Source: Monocercomonoides exilis PA203
Lineage: Eukaryota > Protista > Preaxostyla
Reading direction: 5' to 3'
Assembly: GCA_001643675.2 (NCBI GenBank)
Contig: LSRY02000014.1
Span: 1,178,001 to 1,242,000, forward strand
DNA length: 64,000 bases
Shown here: one piece after another, positions 1 to 10,807 of the stretch
Numbering within the stretch: the stretch's first letter is position 1
Layout: every line of letters begins with the position of its first letter
The notes under the pieces: generated by a model
What the model was told of the DNA's origin: nothing
What the model saw: the letters and a program-made list of their open reading frames with translations, nothing else
The model's database searches: none
Made by a program: the position numbers and the translations under genes

Positions 1-2
1 TT

Positions 3-3000
3 GTTATTTCACCCAATCTGCAAGCAATCGCCAATCTTCAAAAGATTTCTTGCGTTTCAGCCACTTTGGATTCTTTTGACAAAGTTCGAGGATATGACAA
101 TGGAAACAACAGTGTTGCCATTCCTCTCTGCATCTATCTCCTCCCCACTCCAGAAGAAATACATGTGAGCAACGTCGAGGCATCTGACCATTCTCATTGT
201 GGAATTGTCCAATTCCCTTGCTTGACTTTGAAGCACTCGCTCACAAGGCAAGAAGCTTCAAAACGTGTGGTTATGAGTGGAATGATTATGATGAGCGATG
301 AATTGGCCTTAGCTGGACAGAAACATGAAATCCGAGGAAATGATGATCAAAGTGGTTGGACAATCTCTGATTCAAGTTCAACATCCAATTCATCGATGAT
401 TTCAGCAAGTGTTGAAACAGAATTATCAAAACTCATCTTTTCTCTTCCATCTTCCCTTCCTCTTCACTCCACTTTCATTTCGTCATCTTCATCATCAATA
501 ACTCTGTCTCAATGTTCTCTTTCTCTTCAAGATCCATCATCAGAATTGACATTTCTGTTCTTGTCTGTTGAGTCAGGGATCTTAGCCATCGACACATTCT
601 CAGCTTCATCAATTGTATTGAGAAGAAATCCTCTGATTTCATTGTCTGGAAGTGGAACAAATACCGAGTTGATGAGCACTCTGTGGTTGAACATGACGAA
701 ATGCCATTTCACAAATGTGGAAAGATCAGCGGGAAGTGGAGGCTGTGTGAGTATTGACAACAGCAACGATGAAAATTCAAATGGTGAAATAATTATTGAA
801 GGATGTGATTTTGATGAATCCTCTGTTTTCGCTGATGGAAGCAGAGGAGGGGCCATTGATGCTCAGTTGAAAGGGAATACGCATTTGGATATTATTTCAT
901 GCACATTCACAGGATGCACAGCACCAGCTAAAGAAGAGAAGACTGGGTTTGGAGGAGGAATTGCACTGAAGCTGATTGATGATGATTCTTCATTTGTGAT
1001 CTCATCCCCTGTTTTTGATGCTAGCAAGCCAAATGTTGCGAAATATGGAAATGACCTGTTTATCGAATCATCAAACTTGACAAAGAGCATCACAAACTCC
1101 TCCCTTCCATTTGTATCTGAGCATTTAAATAACATTTCGTTGGATTCATTGAGCGGCTTTGATGGGAGCGACACAACGAATGCCATTCCACTGCTCAATT
1201 TCTGGCGAGCGATTGGGTCAGAGATATTTATTGGGAGCGAAGGTTGCGATGTGTGCGTGTGTGGATTCTCAGATTATCCTTGTCTGTCGATGGATCATTC
1301 GTTGACAAGACTGGCAGAAGGAAATGAAAGGAATATCAACATCATTGGAAAAGGGAATCTTCAGAAAAGTGTTGATGTGAGTGGAATATCAGTGAAATCG
1401 GATAAGAGCAGCATGTGCTCATTGGAATGTGTCTTATCACTTGAACCAGTCCAAGATACTGCAATGAAAATTTCTGGAATTACATATTTCGAACTGATAA
1501 ACTTTGTGATTCCATCGTCATTCACGAATGGGCTGAATGTTTTGTTACAAGTTGGATCGAGTGAAGGATTGTTGACTGTAAAAGATTGTTCATTCAGCAA
1601 AAATGAGGAAAGCAGAGAAGAAGAAATAATAAACTTTGGGTTGATAAAAGCAGATGGAGGAATAGTTCAGTTGGAATTTGTGACGATTCAATCACTTTGC
1701 TTTTCACAAGATATTATTTCTGTGTTGTCAACAACAGCATTGAACATTAATAATCTGACAATGAAGAATGTTGAGCTGGAAGGAGCAAGCGGATTGAGTA
1801 TTTCAAAGAGTTCAATGAGAGAAAAAAATGAAATTGATCAAGATGTTCTCGTTGAGTGGAGCTCATTCGAAGAAGTCACTCAGAACACAATCAATGATAT
1901 TCCTATCATTCGAAATGATAATGATGAGCCATTGAAAATTGATATCAGAAACACAACGATGAAGAGATGCGGAGGAACAAGGTGTAGAAAGGGTGGAGGT
2001 ATATTTTCTGTGTTGAATGAGGGAGGAAAGTTTGACTGTTCATTTTGCATGATATCTGAGTGTTTCTGCTCGACCACTGGAAGAGGAGGGTGGCTGTTTT
2101 TGGAAGGAACCTCGATAGTTGAACAGCCTCTGAAGTTTGTTTTATCGAATGTCACATTCAGAGACAATACTGCACAGAGGGGAAGAGATGTTTATGTGAA
2201 ATGCTACTCAATTGATGCACAAATAGTTGATAGACAATTCTTACTGGATTTCAGAGCGCCATTTGAGAAGGAGCTGGCGATTTGGGGCTGCACAACAGAC
2301 TCGTTTGTTGGGGAAGAAGATCTTCTGCTGATGGTTGTGAAATACCAGAGTGAGACAATATTTGTATCAGCTGTTGCAGAAAATCACACAGACAGCAAGC
2401 AATGCGGAGAATTTGAAGCACCATGTCAATCATTGAATGTTGGAGCGCAACATATCGTGCCATCGAATTATTCTCAGCTGCTAATCTCAAAGGAAGCTGT
2501 GATTGTTGGAGAATTCAGTGTACAGAATGTAATCATATATTCATTGCAATCAATGTCGGCTTCTCTCATTCATCTGAACTGGATTGTTGCTGGTAGAGAA
2601 AATCTAATCACGACCTCAGAAAATGTTCGGATTGAAAGATTGAAATTCAACTTTGGGCAGTTATTTTCTTATTCGGGCAGTTCTATCATTCACAAAGCAA
2701 GCGGACAGCTTTCTCTTTTATTTGTTGATTTCTCTTCTGCTGGATTGTCAAGCAACAATCAACCTGTTGTTTTTCTTAATTCAACATTGCTGAGCATCGA
2801 AAATGGAATTCTTCATGTTGACAACTGCTCAGTGTCACTCCTATCATTCAAGAAGCCTTCGTTTCTGCTTTGCGGAGATGAGATATCATTGAAAAATGTG
2901 AAAATGAATAATTTTGAAGCAATGGGGAATGTGTTTGTGATTGATGGATGCAAAAAAGTTGTATTCAATGGAATTGATGCTGATGGAGTGAAATTGTCTG

Positions 3001-4964
3001 ATGGCTGCATCTTTTCAATAAATGATTCAACTTCAGGAACAATTTCCGTTGGAGGCTCCACATTCAATAACTGTTCAAGAAATTCAGAAGGCACTTCTGT
3101 TTTCACTGCGTTTTCAACTTCTGCTCAAATGGCTCTTTCTAATTGCTCTTGCTCAAACTGTAGTTCCATGTCTGGCAAAGGGAGTGTTATGGAATTGAGC
3201 AATGCGATTGATGCTTTGATGGATTTATGTCGATTTGTTGGAGTGCTTGGAAAAGAAAGTGAAAATGAGAGAAACAATAATTTTGAAGAAATATGCAAAT
3301 GGAATGGGTCTCTGGTTCATTCAACAAACTCAACAATAATGATGAAATATGTGACAATATTGAATACTTCATCAGGTGGATTATCGGTGTTAGCTGGCAA
3401 TATAACAATCGAGAAAGGAGAGTTTATGAACAACAATCCATTCATTGAAAAATATCCATCACTTCGAAGAAATATCATATGCTCAGATTCTGCTTCACTG
3501 TCTGTCTCCAGCTTGAAAGGGGGAGATGGAGTGTTGCCCAATTCTTCTCTTTGGATTCTGGATGATGGATGTGATTTGAGAGGAATAGCAGGAGAAAGAT
3601 CATCTCTTTTCTTCATTCCCAGACTGGAAGAAGTTTCAGTGAATGAGAATGGCAGCAACATTGTTGTGAAATTCAGGGGAGAGCTCTTTTTGCCATGTGA
3701 TTTGTCATTCAGACTTGTGTATAAAACAGGAGATGTTGAGTTGGTTGAGACATATCAATTTGAGGAACGCAGTTTTGTGTCAGAAACAGAAGTGACTGGG
3801 ACAATCCCATCAGAAAATATTTCAATGATTGCAGATGAGACAGAGGTATCAGTGATGATTCTGTTTGGGAAGCAATTGGCTGCAACCTCTCCACAAATAC
3901 TGAAGAACAAAACAGAATCAAAAAAAGGAAATGAAAAGGTGGTTGAAGGAGGGAATGAAGTGCGATCATCATGGATAATAATAGTTATTATTGTGCTAAT
4001 TGTTTTGTTTGTAGTTGTGCTTCTGGTATTTGTTGTAGTCATTGTGCTGCTGAGAAAGAAACTGAAAGAAGCAGAAAAGAAAGTTGAAAATGAGAAATCA
4101 GAAAACGATCAAATAATGGAAAAGATTGAGAAGAGAAGAGGAAGCAATGGAGGAAGCTTTGAGATGAATGAAATCCCATCAACATTACTGGAAGGGATGA
4201 CGAGCCAACTTCCACTTCTCATTGACAACGATGAAGAACTTCCAGAGTCTCCGTTAATGGCCGATGAAGAGCTGAATGAAAATGATATGCCAGATTTGGA
4301 ATCTCCATTGCCATTTCCCGAGGAAGATTCTGCTGCTGGAGCACCAAAATCTCATTCGCTCAGTGTTATATCAGCAAAGAAGCCATTTCGAGAGAAAGAG
4401 AAAAAGAACATCAAAATATTGCATTCGGTCATTCATTCAGTTCAAGGTGATTTCACGCTGGGAACAAGAGCGATGGATGTTGTTGATGGGAAAGAAGTGG
4501 TTTTGGCAGTTGCAGAGCTGTTTGGGCATTTGATTTCAGTTGGAGACGAAAGAATGGAAATGATGGGGAAACAGCTGTGCCCATATTCAATCTTTGTTGA
4601 GGAAGGAAACGAAAATGAAATATACCTATTAACCGAAGAGCTGACTGATGAAAAACAGAAAGAGGAAATGAAGCGATGGAAGGCACCTGAAGCGGTAGAT
4701 GAAGAAGAGGGAATTGAAAAGGCAGTTGTTTTCACACTTGGACTGATTCTCCATGAAATGACAACAGGGGAAGTGCCTTTGAGCGAATGCAATGCAGAAG
4801 AAGCGCAGGAAATGATGAGGGATGGAGTGCGACCGCTGACAGAAGGAATCGAAGGAGAAGATCTGGTTGAGCTGATGGAGAAGATGTGGGCAGATGAACC
4901 AAATGACAGACCCATGTTGGCAGAGGTGATTGACTTGTTGAAAGAGCTTGAGGAAGAGATTTGA
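3..4964 (+). CDS. Large single-pass membrane protein: Cys/GGAI-motif ectodomain, TM helix, C-terminal degenerate kinase-like domain; 5' end lies outside the window
   Basis: The frame is open from base 3. Repeated CGxxxxPCx(S/T)(L/M) and GG(A/G)I motifs; hydrophobic stretch WIIIVIIVLIVLFVVVLLVFVVVIVLL followed by RKK; C-lobe motifs RWKAPE, VFTLGLILHEM, W..EPNDRP; no HRD or DFG. Confidence 0.85.
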   Translation, partial: VISPNLQAIANLQKISCVSATLDSFDKVRGYDNGNNSVAIPLCIYLLPTPEEIHVSNVEASDHSHCGIVQFPCLTLKHSLTRQEASKRVVMSGMIMMSDELALAGQKHEIRGNDDQSGWTISDSSSTSNSSMISASVETELSKLIFSLPSSLPLHSTFISSSSSSITLSQCSLSLQDPSSELTFLFLSVESGILAIDTFSASSIVLRRNPLISLSGSGTNTELMSTLWLNMTKCHFTNVERSAGSGGCVSIDNSNDENSNGEIIIEGCDFDESSVFADGSRGGAIDAQLKGNTHLDIISCTFTGCTAPAKEEKTGFGGGIALKLIDDDSSFVISSPVFDASKPNVAKYGNDLFIESSNLTKSITNSSLPFVSEHLNNISLDSLSGFDGSDTTNAIPLLNFWRAIGSEIFIGSEGCDVCVCGFSDYPCLSMDHSLTRLAEGNERNINIIGKGNLQKSVDVSGISVKSDKSSMCSLECVLSLEPVQDTAMKISGITYFELINFVIPSSFTNGLNVLLQVGSSEGLLTVKDCSFSKNEESREEEIINFGLIKADGGIVQLEFVTIQSLCFSQDIISVLSTTALNINNLTMKNVELEGASGLSISKSSMREKNEIDQDVLVEWSSFEEVTQNTINDIPIIRNDNDEPLKIDIRNTTMKRCGGTRCRKGGGIFSVLNEGGKFDCSFCMISECFCSTTGRGGWLFLEGTSIVEQPLKFVLSNVTFRDNTAQRGRDVYVKCYSIDAQIVDRQFLLDFRAPFEKELAIWGCTTDSFVGEEDLLLMVVKYQSETIFVSAVAENHTDSKQCGEFEAPCQSLNVGAQHIVPSNYSQLLISKEAVIVGEFSVQNVIIYSLQSMSASLIHLNWIVAGRENLITTSENVRIERLKFNFGQLFSYSGSSIIHKASGQLSLLFVDFSSAGLSSNNQPVVFLNSTLLSIENGILHVDNCSVSLLSFKKPSFLLCGDEISLKNVKMNNFEAMGNVFVIDGCKKVVFNGIDADGVKLSDGCIFSINDSTSGTISVGGSTFNNCSRNSEGTSVFTAFSTSAQMALSNCSCSNCSSMSGKGSVMELSNAIDALMDLCRFVGVLGKESENERNNNFEEICKWNGSLVHSTNSTIMMKYVTILNTSSGGLSVLAGNITIEKGEFMNNNPFIEKYPSLRRNIICSDSASLSVSSLKGGDGVLPNSSLWILDDGCDLRGIAGERSSLFFIPRLEEVSVNENGSNIVVKFRGELFLPCDLSFRLVYKTGDVELVETYQFEERSFVSETEVTGTIPSENISMIADETEVSVMILFGKQLAATSPQILKNKTESKKGNEKVVEGGNEVRSSWIIIVIIVLIVLFVVVLLVFVVVIVLLRKKLKEAEKKVENEKSENDQIMEKIEKRRGSNGGSFEMNEIPSTLLEGMTSQLPLLIDNDEELPESPLMADEELNENDMPDLESPLPFPEEDSAAGAPKSHSLSVISAKKPFREKEKKNIKILHSVIHSVQGDFTLGTRAMDVVDGKEVVLAVAELFGHLISVGDERMEMMGKQLCPYSIFVEEGNENEIYLLTEELTDEKQKEEMKRWKAPEAVDEEEGIEKAVVFTLGLILHEMTTGEVPLSECNAEEAQEMMRDGVRPLTEGIEGEDLVELMEKMWADEPNDRPMLAEVIDLLKELEEEI

Positions 4965-5994
4965 CGCTTCTTGGTTTGATTTCTTTGTTTCTTGTCTGCA
5001 TGCTTGAAGAATGGAGCAAAACTTTGGAAATGATGATTTATAAAAACATCTCAGACCTTGTGATTTGTTTTAAATCCGATCCAATTGAACTTCCTGATCG
5101 TGTGGATAATTATATTGAAGGGTTCATCAAATTTGTGTTTCTGTGCGATCTTTTCACGATTGTTTCATGTGTTAATCTTTTCGTTTTGACGTTTCCACAT
5201 CTCTCAGACAAGCTCACTAAACATGTTTTATTTGCGTGTACTAATCTATTTCTGAATATCAATTATTTTTTGTTTTAGGGTTGAGAATTTTCACATTTCT
5301 TCGTTTTTGGTTTTGTGTATCTCTAACATCTTTGAATATTCGATGAATTCAATTGAATTTTGTTTGATAATTCTTACTTGGCCTTTACATAAACTGTTGC
5401 AATTTTTTATATAATTATTTTCCATCTTATTAATTATTTCTTTTTATGAATTTTCTAAATTTTTCTGAGTAGAAAAAAGGATATAATAATTTTTATTTTC
5501 TTTGAATTCATTTATATAAGTGTCTGCGGAAGCGAATAAAAATTACGGAAGCATCTATTTATACCAGTCAGTAATTTCACTGACTCAGAGTTAATATCCC
5601 TACAAATATCGCACGGCAATATGCTTTTACAACTTTTCTTTAACAATGACAAACCTTTGGTGAAAATTTTTTATTAAAAAATTGCAAAAATAAAGATGAA
5701 GTTTCTCTGAAATTTTTGAAATGTTTCTCATAGACTTTCTTTAAAAAAAAAATTAAATCTAATAATTAATAAACAAATTATTAAAAAGTTTCAGTAATTC
5801 TTCGTTTTTATTGATTTATCAAAGTTATTCAATAAACAACTGAAGAAAATAAGAAATGAATGAAAAAGCAAAATGAATAATATCTGTTTTTTATCAAATT
5901 TTTTGATTTCTCTTTTGCTGACTATTGGTTTGAGTTTTCCAAATTTTGCTTGTTGAGTTTTCTGTTCGACGGAAAAAATAAAAGAGATGAACAG

Positions 5995-7047
5995 AAGAAT
6001 TGGAGGTGATTGTGGAAGACACAGTGAAGAAGGATCCGAAGTTGATAGAGATGGAAACGATGGAGATGTCGCCTGAGGAGCAGTGGAGGAGAGCTGAGAG
6101 AGGCAGAAAAGAAGAATGAAGAAAAGATCAAGAAGAGAGTATATGCGAAAAGCTTGGGGCATTCCGAACCATCAGAGCATCTTCTATCCCAGAGTGGATC
6201 GACTGAATACATCTTGGGGAAGGACTCAGACAAGATTCCAGAATGGGTATTAAAAAAGGAGGTTGAGGAAGAAGAGACAAGGAAAAGAACACCATCTCCC
6301 TCTGTTTCATCCACTTCAACAACAGATACTTCAGATACAGAATCGACTTTTGTTCGTGGGGAGGACTTGTGTCCAACCACCTCATCAATGTCGAATCTGG
6401 TGGATGCAATGGCCTGCTCTTCACCACATGAAAAGCTGATTGTGGATCTGAGGGATTCACTGTTCATGCTGCTTCATGGAAGGAACGAGAAGAAAGAGAT
6501 GGCGATTGGGAGTTTGCAGGAAAGGGAGCAGACAGCTGCCCAGATTCTGTTCTGGGTGGCGAATGGAGCACTTCATTCATTTGATGAAGAAAAAGAATTG
6601 CCTTCGCTGGCCAACCTGAGTCCTCACATTGTGCTGTTCTCAGAGCACATGGTGATCTGCATTGCCCTCCACTTCGACTTCTCATCTTCAGACTCAGATT
6701 CATCATCCATCTTATCAACAACAGTTGTGACATCTGCAAGTGATGATGATGATGATGATGACTCTCTGCCTTCATCAGCTTTTGAGGATGAGGATGATTT
6801 CAAAAAAGAGTGTCTGAGGTGGAAGGCGCCCGAGCTGCTGATGAACAAGAAGATGGGAGCAACAAAGGAGTCGGTGGCATTCTAGATTGGGATGATGGTG
6901 TGGGAGTGTCTGACGCTGGATATCCCATTTGGGGAGTGTGAGGCGGGGATTGCAGGAGACAAGATTGTGAAGGGAGAGATGCTGGAAGAAAAGAAGATGG
7001 AAATTGAGTTGTTTGACTCGGAGCAAGAGAGTTTGTTAGTTCTTTAA
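5995..7047 (+). pseudogene. 5'-truncated pseudogene of a related receptor-like kinase family (cytoplasmic part only)
   Basis: RWKAPE...ESVAF* continues in frame past TAG (6883-6885) as IGMMVWECLTLDIPFGE. An apparent frameshift near 6100 joins EELEVIVEDTVKKDPK..QWRRAER to AEKKNEEKIKKRVYAKSLGHS. Confidence 0.8.
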
Positions 7048-7307
7048 TTGATTGGCCGAGTCAGATCGATATCTGTCGGATGATGTTGGATAGGATGCCT
7101 TTGGTAGAAATGATGACCACTCAATCAGATACAACAAATAATAGACCCGAATGACACGTATGCAACAAAAAGGAAAGAGAAAGAGATGAAGATGAAGCAG
7201 ATGAAAGTCGAGTGATGATAGAATTCCCAGGAATAAAGAATGTGAATAATAAATAAGGTTGGAGCAAAAAACGAAGATCAAGTTTGGATTCAGATGAACA
7301 TCGAAAA

Positions 7308-7323
7308 GAAGAAGAAGAAGAAG

Positions 7324-7352
<29 letters not shown>
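7308..7352. repeat. (GAA)15 microsatellite
   Basis: Read directly from the sequence. Confidence 0.95.
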
Positions 7353-7354
<2 letters not shown>

Positions 7355-7408
7355 GAGGAATGGAATCAACAGATGAAGAAGATGTTGTTGTACAATCCGA
7401 TGGACAAG

Positions 7409-8398
7409 TCACTGTGAAGTGGTATCGATCAATATTCCGATATCCAATGCATGCCTCAAACAGTTAATTTTTATCAATAGCAGCCAATGTCCACTCACGC
7501 AAACATGGCACATGAGATGGAGTTCGTCTGCAAAAGAACTCATCCATAGCTTTCTGTTCCTCAAAAAAGGCTTTTTGAGATTTTCGCTCTTCATTATTTT
7601 TGCTTCTTTTCTTTCCTTTTTCTTCTTCCATTCTTTCTCCGTTTTGGCCTCCATAGTGTGCTCAATTTTTTTGCAATTTTCAAGCTGATCCTCATGCTCT
7701 ATTAGAAGAGTTGAAAACATATTCCATGTGTCGTTGAGCAAATCATTCTAATCAATAAATGCAACAATGAAATATTCGCATGTTGCTGATGGAAACATAT
7801 AAATTTTCAAGCGAAAAAAATACTTGATGTTCGATAAAGAAGAGAAGGTGAATTAAGCCACCAGAAGAGGTAATTGAAATGAAAAGACAATATATCATGC
7901 AAAGAAGAAGAAGAAGATGTTGTGATAATCATTGTTGCTGCAACTGCTGTTGATGATGTTGCTGATGTTGTTGAACAGATGGAATAAGCGGATTAGACTC
8001 AGATAACCATAAAAGTTGCAAGAGTGATTTCAGTTTTGACACAGACGACAATCTTTTCTAAGATATCACATCTGATTCACTGAGAAGAAGGAGATAATCA
8101 AGAAAATGCAGTTTTTATATTTCAGACAATGATGCATTTTTGAAGCTTAATGAAAAATGAAAAAACCATTTAGATCTTTTGAGGTGTTCCAATTGTTTTG
8201 ATCTTTAATAATTGGTTCGAAGAAACTGATAACAAGATCTTCATATCCTTCTTCTTCCAGCTTTTCATCCAGCTTTCTGTTCAACGTTATTTCCTTCTTC
8301 ACCTTTTTGCTTTCTTTTTTCTTCTTTCCATTCAGCCACCTCGAGGAAAATGAAAAAATTCTCTTGAAAAAATTGTTCCTTTCTTTTCTTCTCAACAT
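7409..8398 (-). pseudogene. Decayed gene fragments of unknown families
   Basis: Short protein-like ORFs (7409-7741; 8147-8398 with KLEEEGYEDLVISF) separated by stops, with no coherent gene model. Confidence 0.35.
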
Positions 8399-9352
8399 TT
8401 CGGAAAAATGAAAATATAAAATTTATTCTCCATTCAAATGCAAAAACGTTTTCAAACCTGAAAAATTATCTGTAACGCCCTTTTTCTGCATTATCACATT
8501 TATATAGCATATGATTAACAAACCATTTTGGAATTAACATGACAACAAAACAAAAATTCAAAAATTGTTGAATTTAATGATTCCAATCTATCCTATTTAT
8601 AAGCATCACTCATACACTGCTTTCAGCCTTTAGCATTTTGCGAAGTGAGTGTTGTGAAAAACAGAGCAAAGCTTTTCAGGTTTATTGGAATGGTTTAACT
8701 GATCAAACAGTTTTCCTTTTGTTTGACATATGTTGACAAATCTGGAAATTTTGATATAAATATAGGTTATGAAATTAGCTCAATACTTTCCTGAATGGAA
8801 TTATTAATGAATTCAGAATTGATGTTTTTTCTCTCATTTGTGTTTTCTCTAATCATATACAATTTATTGCAATATAGATTATTTCAAAAATTTCACAAAA
8901 ATTCACAAAAATTCACAGAAAAAAATATATTTTCAAAAATTATCACCCAAATTGAAATTAAAAAAAAAAAAAAAAATTATAAAAATAAAAAAAAAAAATT
9001 CAATTGCAAAAAGTTTTGTTTTTGTTGATCAAAACACGAAAATAGTAATATTTTTCTCTGAGATGATTTATTTAAAAAAGATACTTAAATTTTTGATGAT
9101 GTCATCACAAAAGAGTTTAAAAATTGGGTTTTTGGAAAGAATAAAAATAAAATCATTCATTTTATAAAAGCACTTCATCGTTCAACAATTTCTGGATAAC
9201 GTGCATTTTTTTGGAAATTGTTTTTTTAGACAAATAAAAAGAATATTGGAACTTTCATATAATGATTATTCTTGTATCTATTGATTTCTTTTGAGTTAAT
9301 AATGTGTTGAAATGTGAAAAAAGTTGTTAAAAAAACGTGAAAAAATAATTTA

Positions 9353-9750
9353 CAGATATCGCATAAAATACCGGACATCGCACAAAATACCGGACAAGAT
9401 CGATTTCACAATAACTGCACAAAGAAAAATTCTGGTAATTTTCCTCAAAACATATCTCGTCAATGCAAACTCACGTAACATACAAAACTTTCAGCACAGC
9501 TTCATTTGTGCTCAGAAAAAATTATTTTTAAAAATCTCGGAGAAACTCAAAATCTTATTTCTTCGAGATATCAATCATTTATTTTTTCTGAGCTCAAGCG
9601 AAGAAGTCCTGAAAGTTTAATATATTAAATGAGTTTGCATTGACGAGATATGTTTTGAGGAAAATTACCAGAATTTTTCTTTGTGCAGTTATTGTGAAAT
9701 CGATCTTGTCCGGTATTTTGTGCGATGTCCGGTATTTTATGCGATATCTG
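9353..9750. mobile_element. Non-autonomous foldback MITE with TA target-site duplication (Tc1/mariner-type ends)
   Basis: 9351-9473 is the exact reverse complement of 9630-9752 (TA|CAGATATC...GATATCTG|TA). Imperfect complementarity continues inward. Two subterminal GCAYAAAATACCGGACA repeats per end. Confidence 0.92.
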
Positions 9751-9799
9751 TACTATAAAATTTCATTCAAACTGAGCAAATGAAGATATCTGCTCATTC

Positions 9800-10807
9800 A
9801 TCAGAATAATAAGAAGCAACTTCAACGTCATCAATACCATATGAATCTTCTTCTTTATCATCATCACGCGGTCCATGCAGGATATCATCAGTATCAGGAA
9901 TTTCTTCATTTTCAGAAAAATTAATTTCTTCATCTGCAATAATGGGCTTTTTCTTCGAAAATAAAATGTTTCAATTTTTTTTAAAATATCAGCAAAACTT
10001 GGTTTAAGATTTTTTTGAACAAGTTACATGGATAAACAATCTGCAATGAATGTTTTTCTTTCTCCATGGTTTGGAAAAAACGCTCTTAAATGACTCCACA
10101 ACACTTCAACGGTATTGGCACATGCACCTGTTTCTGGATCTTTGAAGTTCCTTTTATGACAGACTGCAATATGTTCATTACCTATATCTTTCAGGCAATA
10201 ATAGCTTTTCCATTCATCATTAATTATTATTATGACTGGGAATATCTTTTCTTGAATAATATGGATCAATGTTTCCTTTTTCCTGTCAGGCACGATAATA
10301 ACCAAATATGTTCCAGCTCCTCCTCCTTCCTTCCTCTCAACTCCTCTGAAAATCCACATCAAATCCTTCTTTCTTCCTCTTCCATATTTCCTTTTCCTCC
10401 AAACAGCCTCATCAATTTCGACGTATTTTCCCTGTCCTCCAAATTTTAACATCATTTCATTTCATATTTGTGTGTGTAAATAACTCGAACAACGCTTTTC
10501 CACAAACCTCTTGTTGGTTAAGAAACTTCTGTCAGTATATGAATTTGTTTTAATCCAATTCCAATCAAATATTACAATAGAATCTGCAAAACAATATTTC
10601 TCAGATGTTTCATATTGGAAAACACAGAATTTTTATATATTGAGGTTTTTTTCTGCAAGTTTGACACAAAAGAAATTTGAATCCTTCTGTTTCCTCCCTG
10701 ATTCTCCTTTTGCTTCTGCATTTATGGCAATCCTTGGAAGCGAACTCTTGAAAACGTTTGAAAAACCAATTCCACGTTTCTTCTTTATCATGGAAGATCG
10801 TATTCAA
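9800..10807 (-). mobile_element. Decayed Merlin / IS1595 (ISXO2-like) DDE transposase
   Basis: N-terminal Zn ribbon CHKC..CQTC (10610-10807). Catalytic domain YVEIDE..RKRKYGRGR..WIF.GVER..VPDRKKETL..I..INDEWKSY..H..V.HK.NFKDPETGA..NTVE.LW (10024-10455). Broken by frameshifts and stops. Confidence 0.9.

Noticed and set aside
6883-6885. In-frame TAG as evidence of stop-codon reassignment or readthrough
   Set aside because: ATG8, RPS12, RPS27 and RAD6 end in TAA and XPO7 ends in TAG at the expected positions, and the same fragment also has a frameshift; it is a pseudogene lesion.
9324-9620. 98-aa ORF over the MITE
   Set aside because: No ATG start and no protein motif; it lies across a non-coding inverted repeat.
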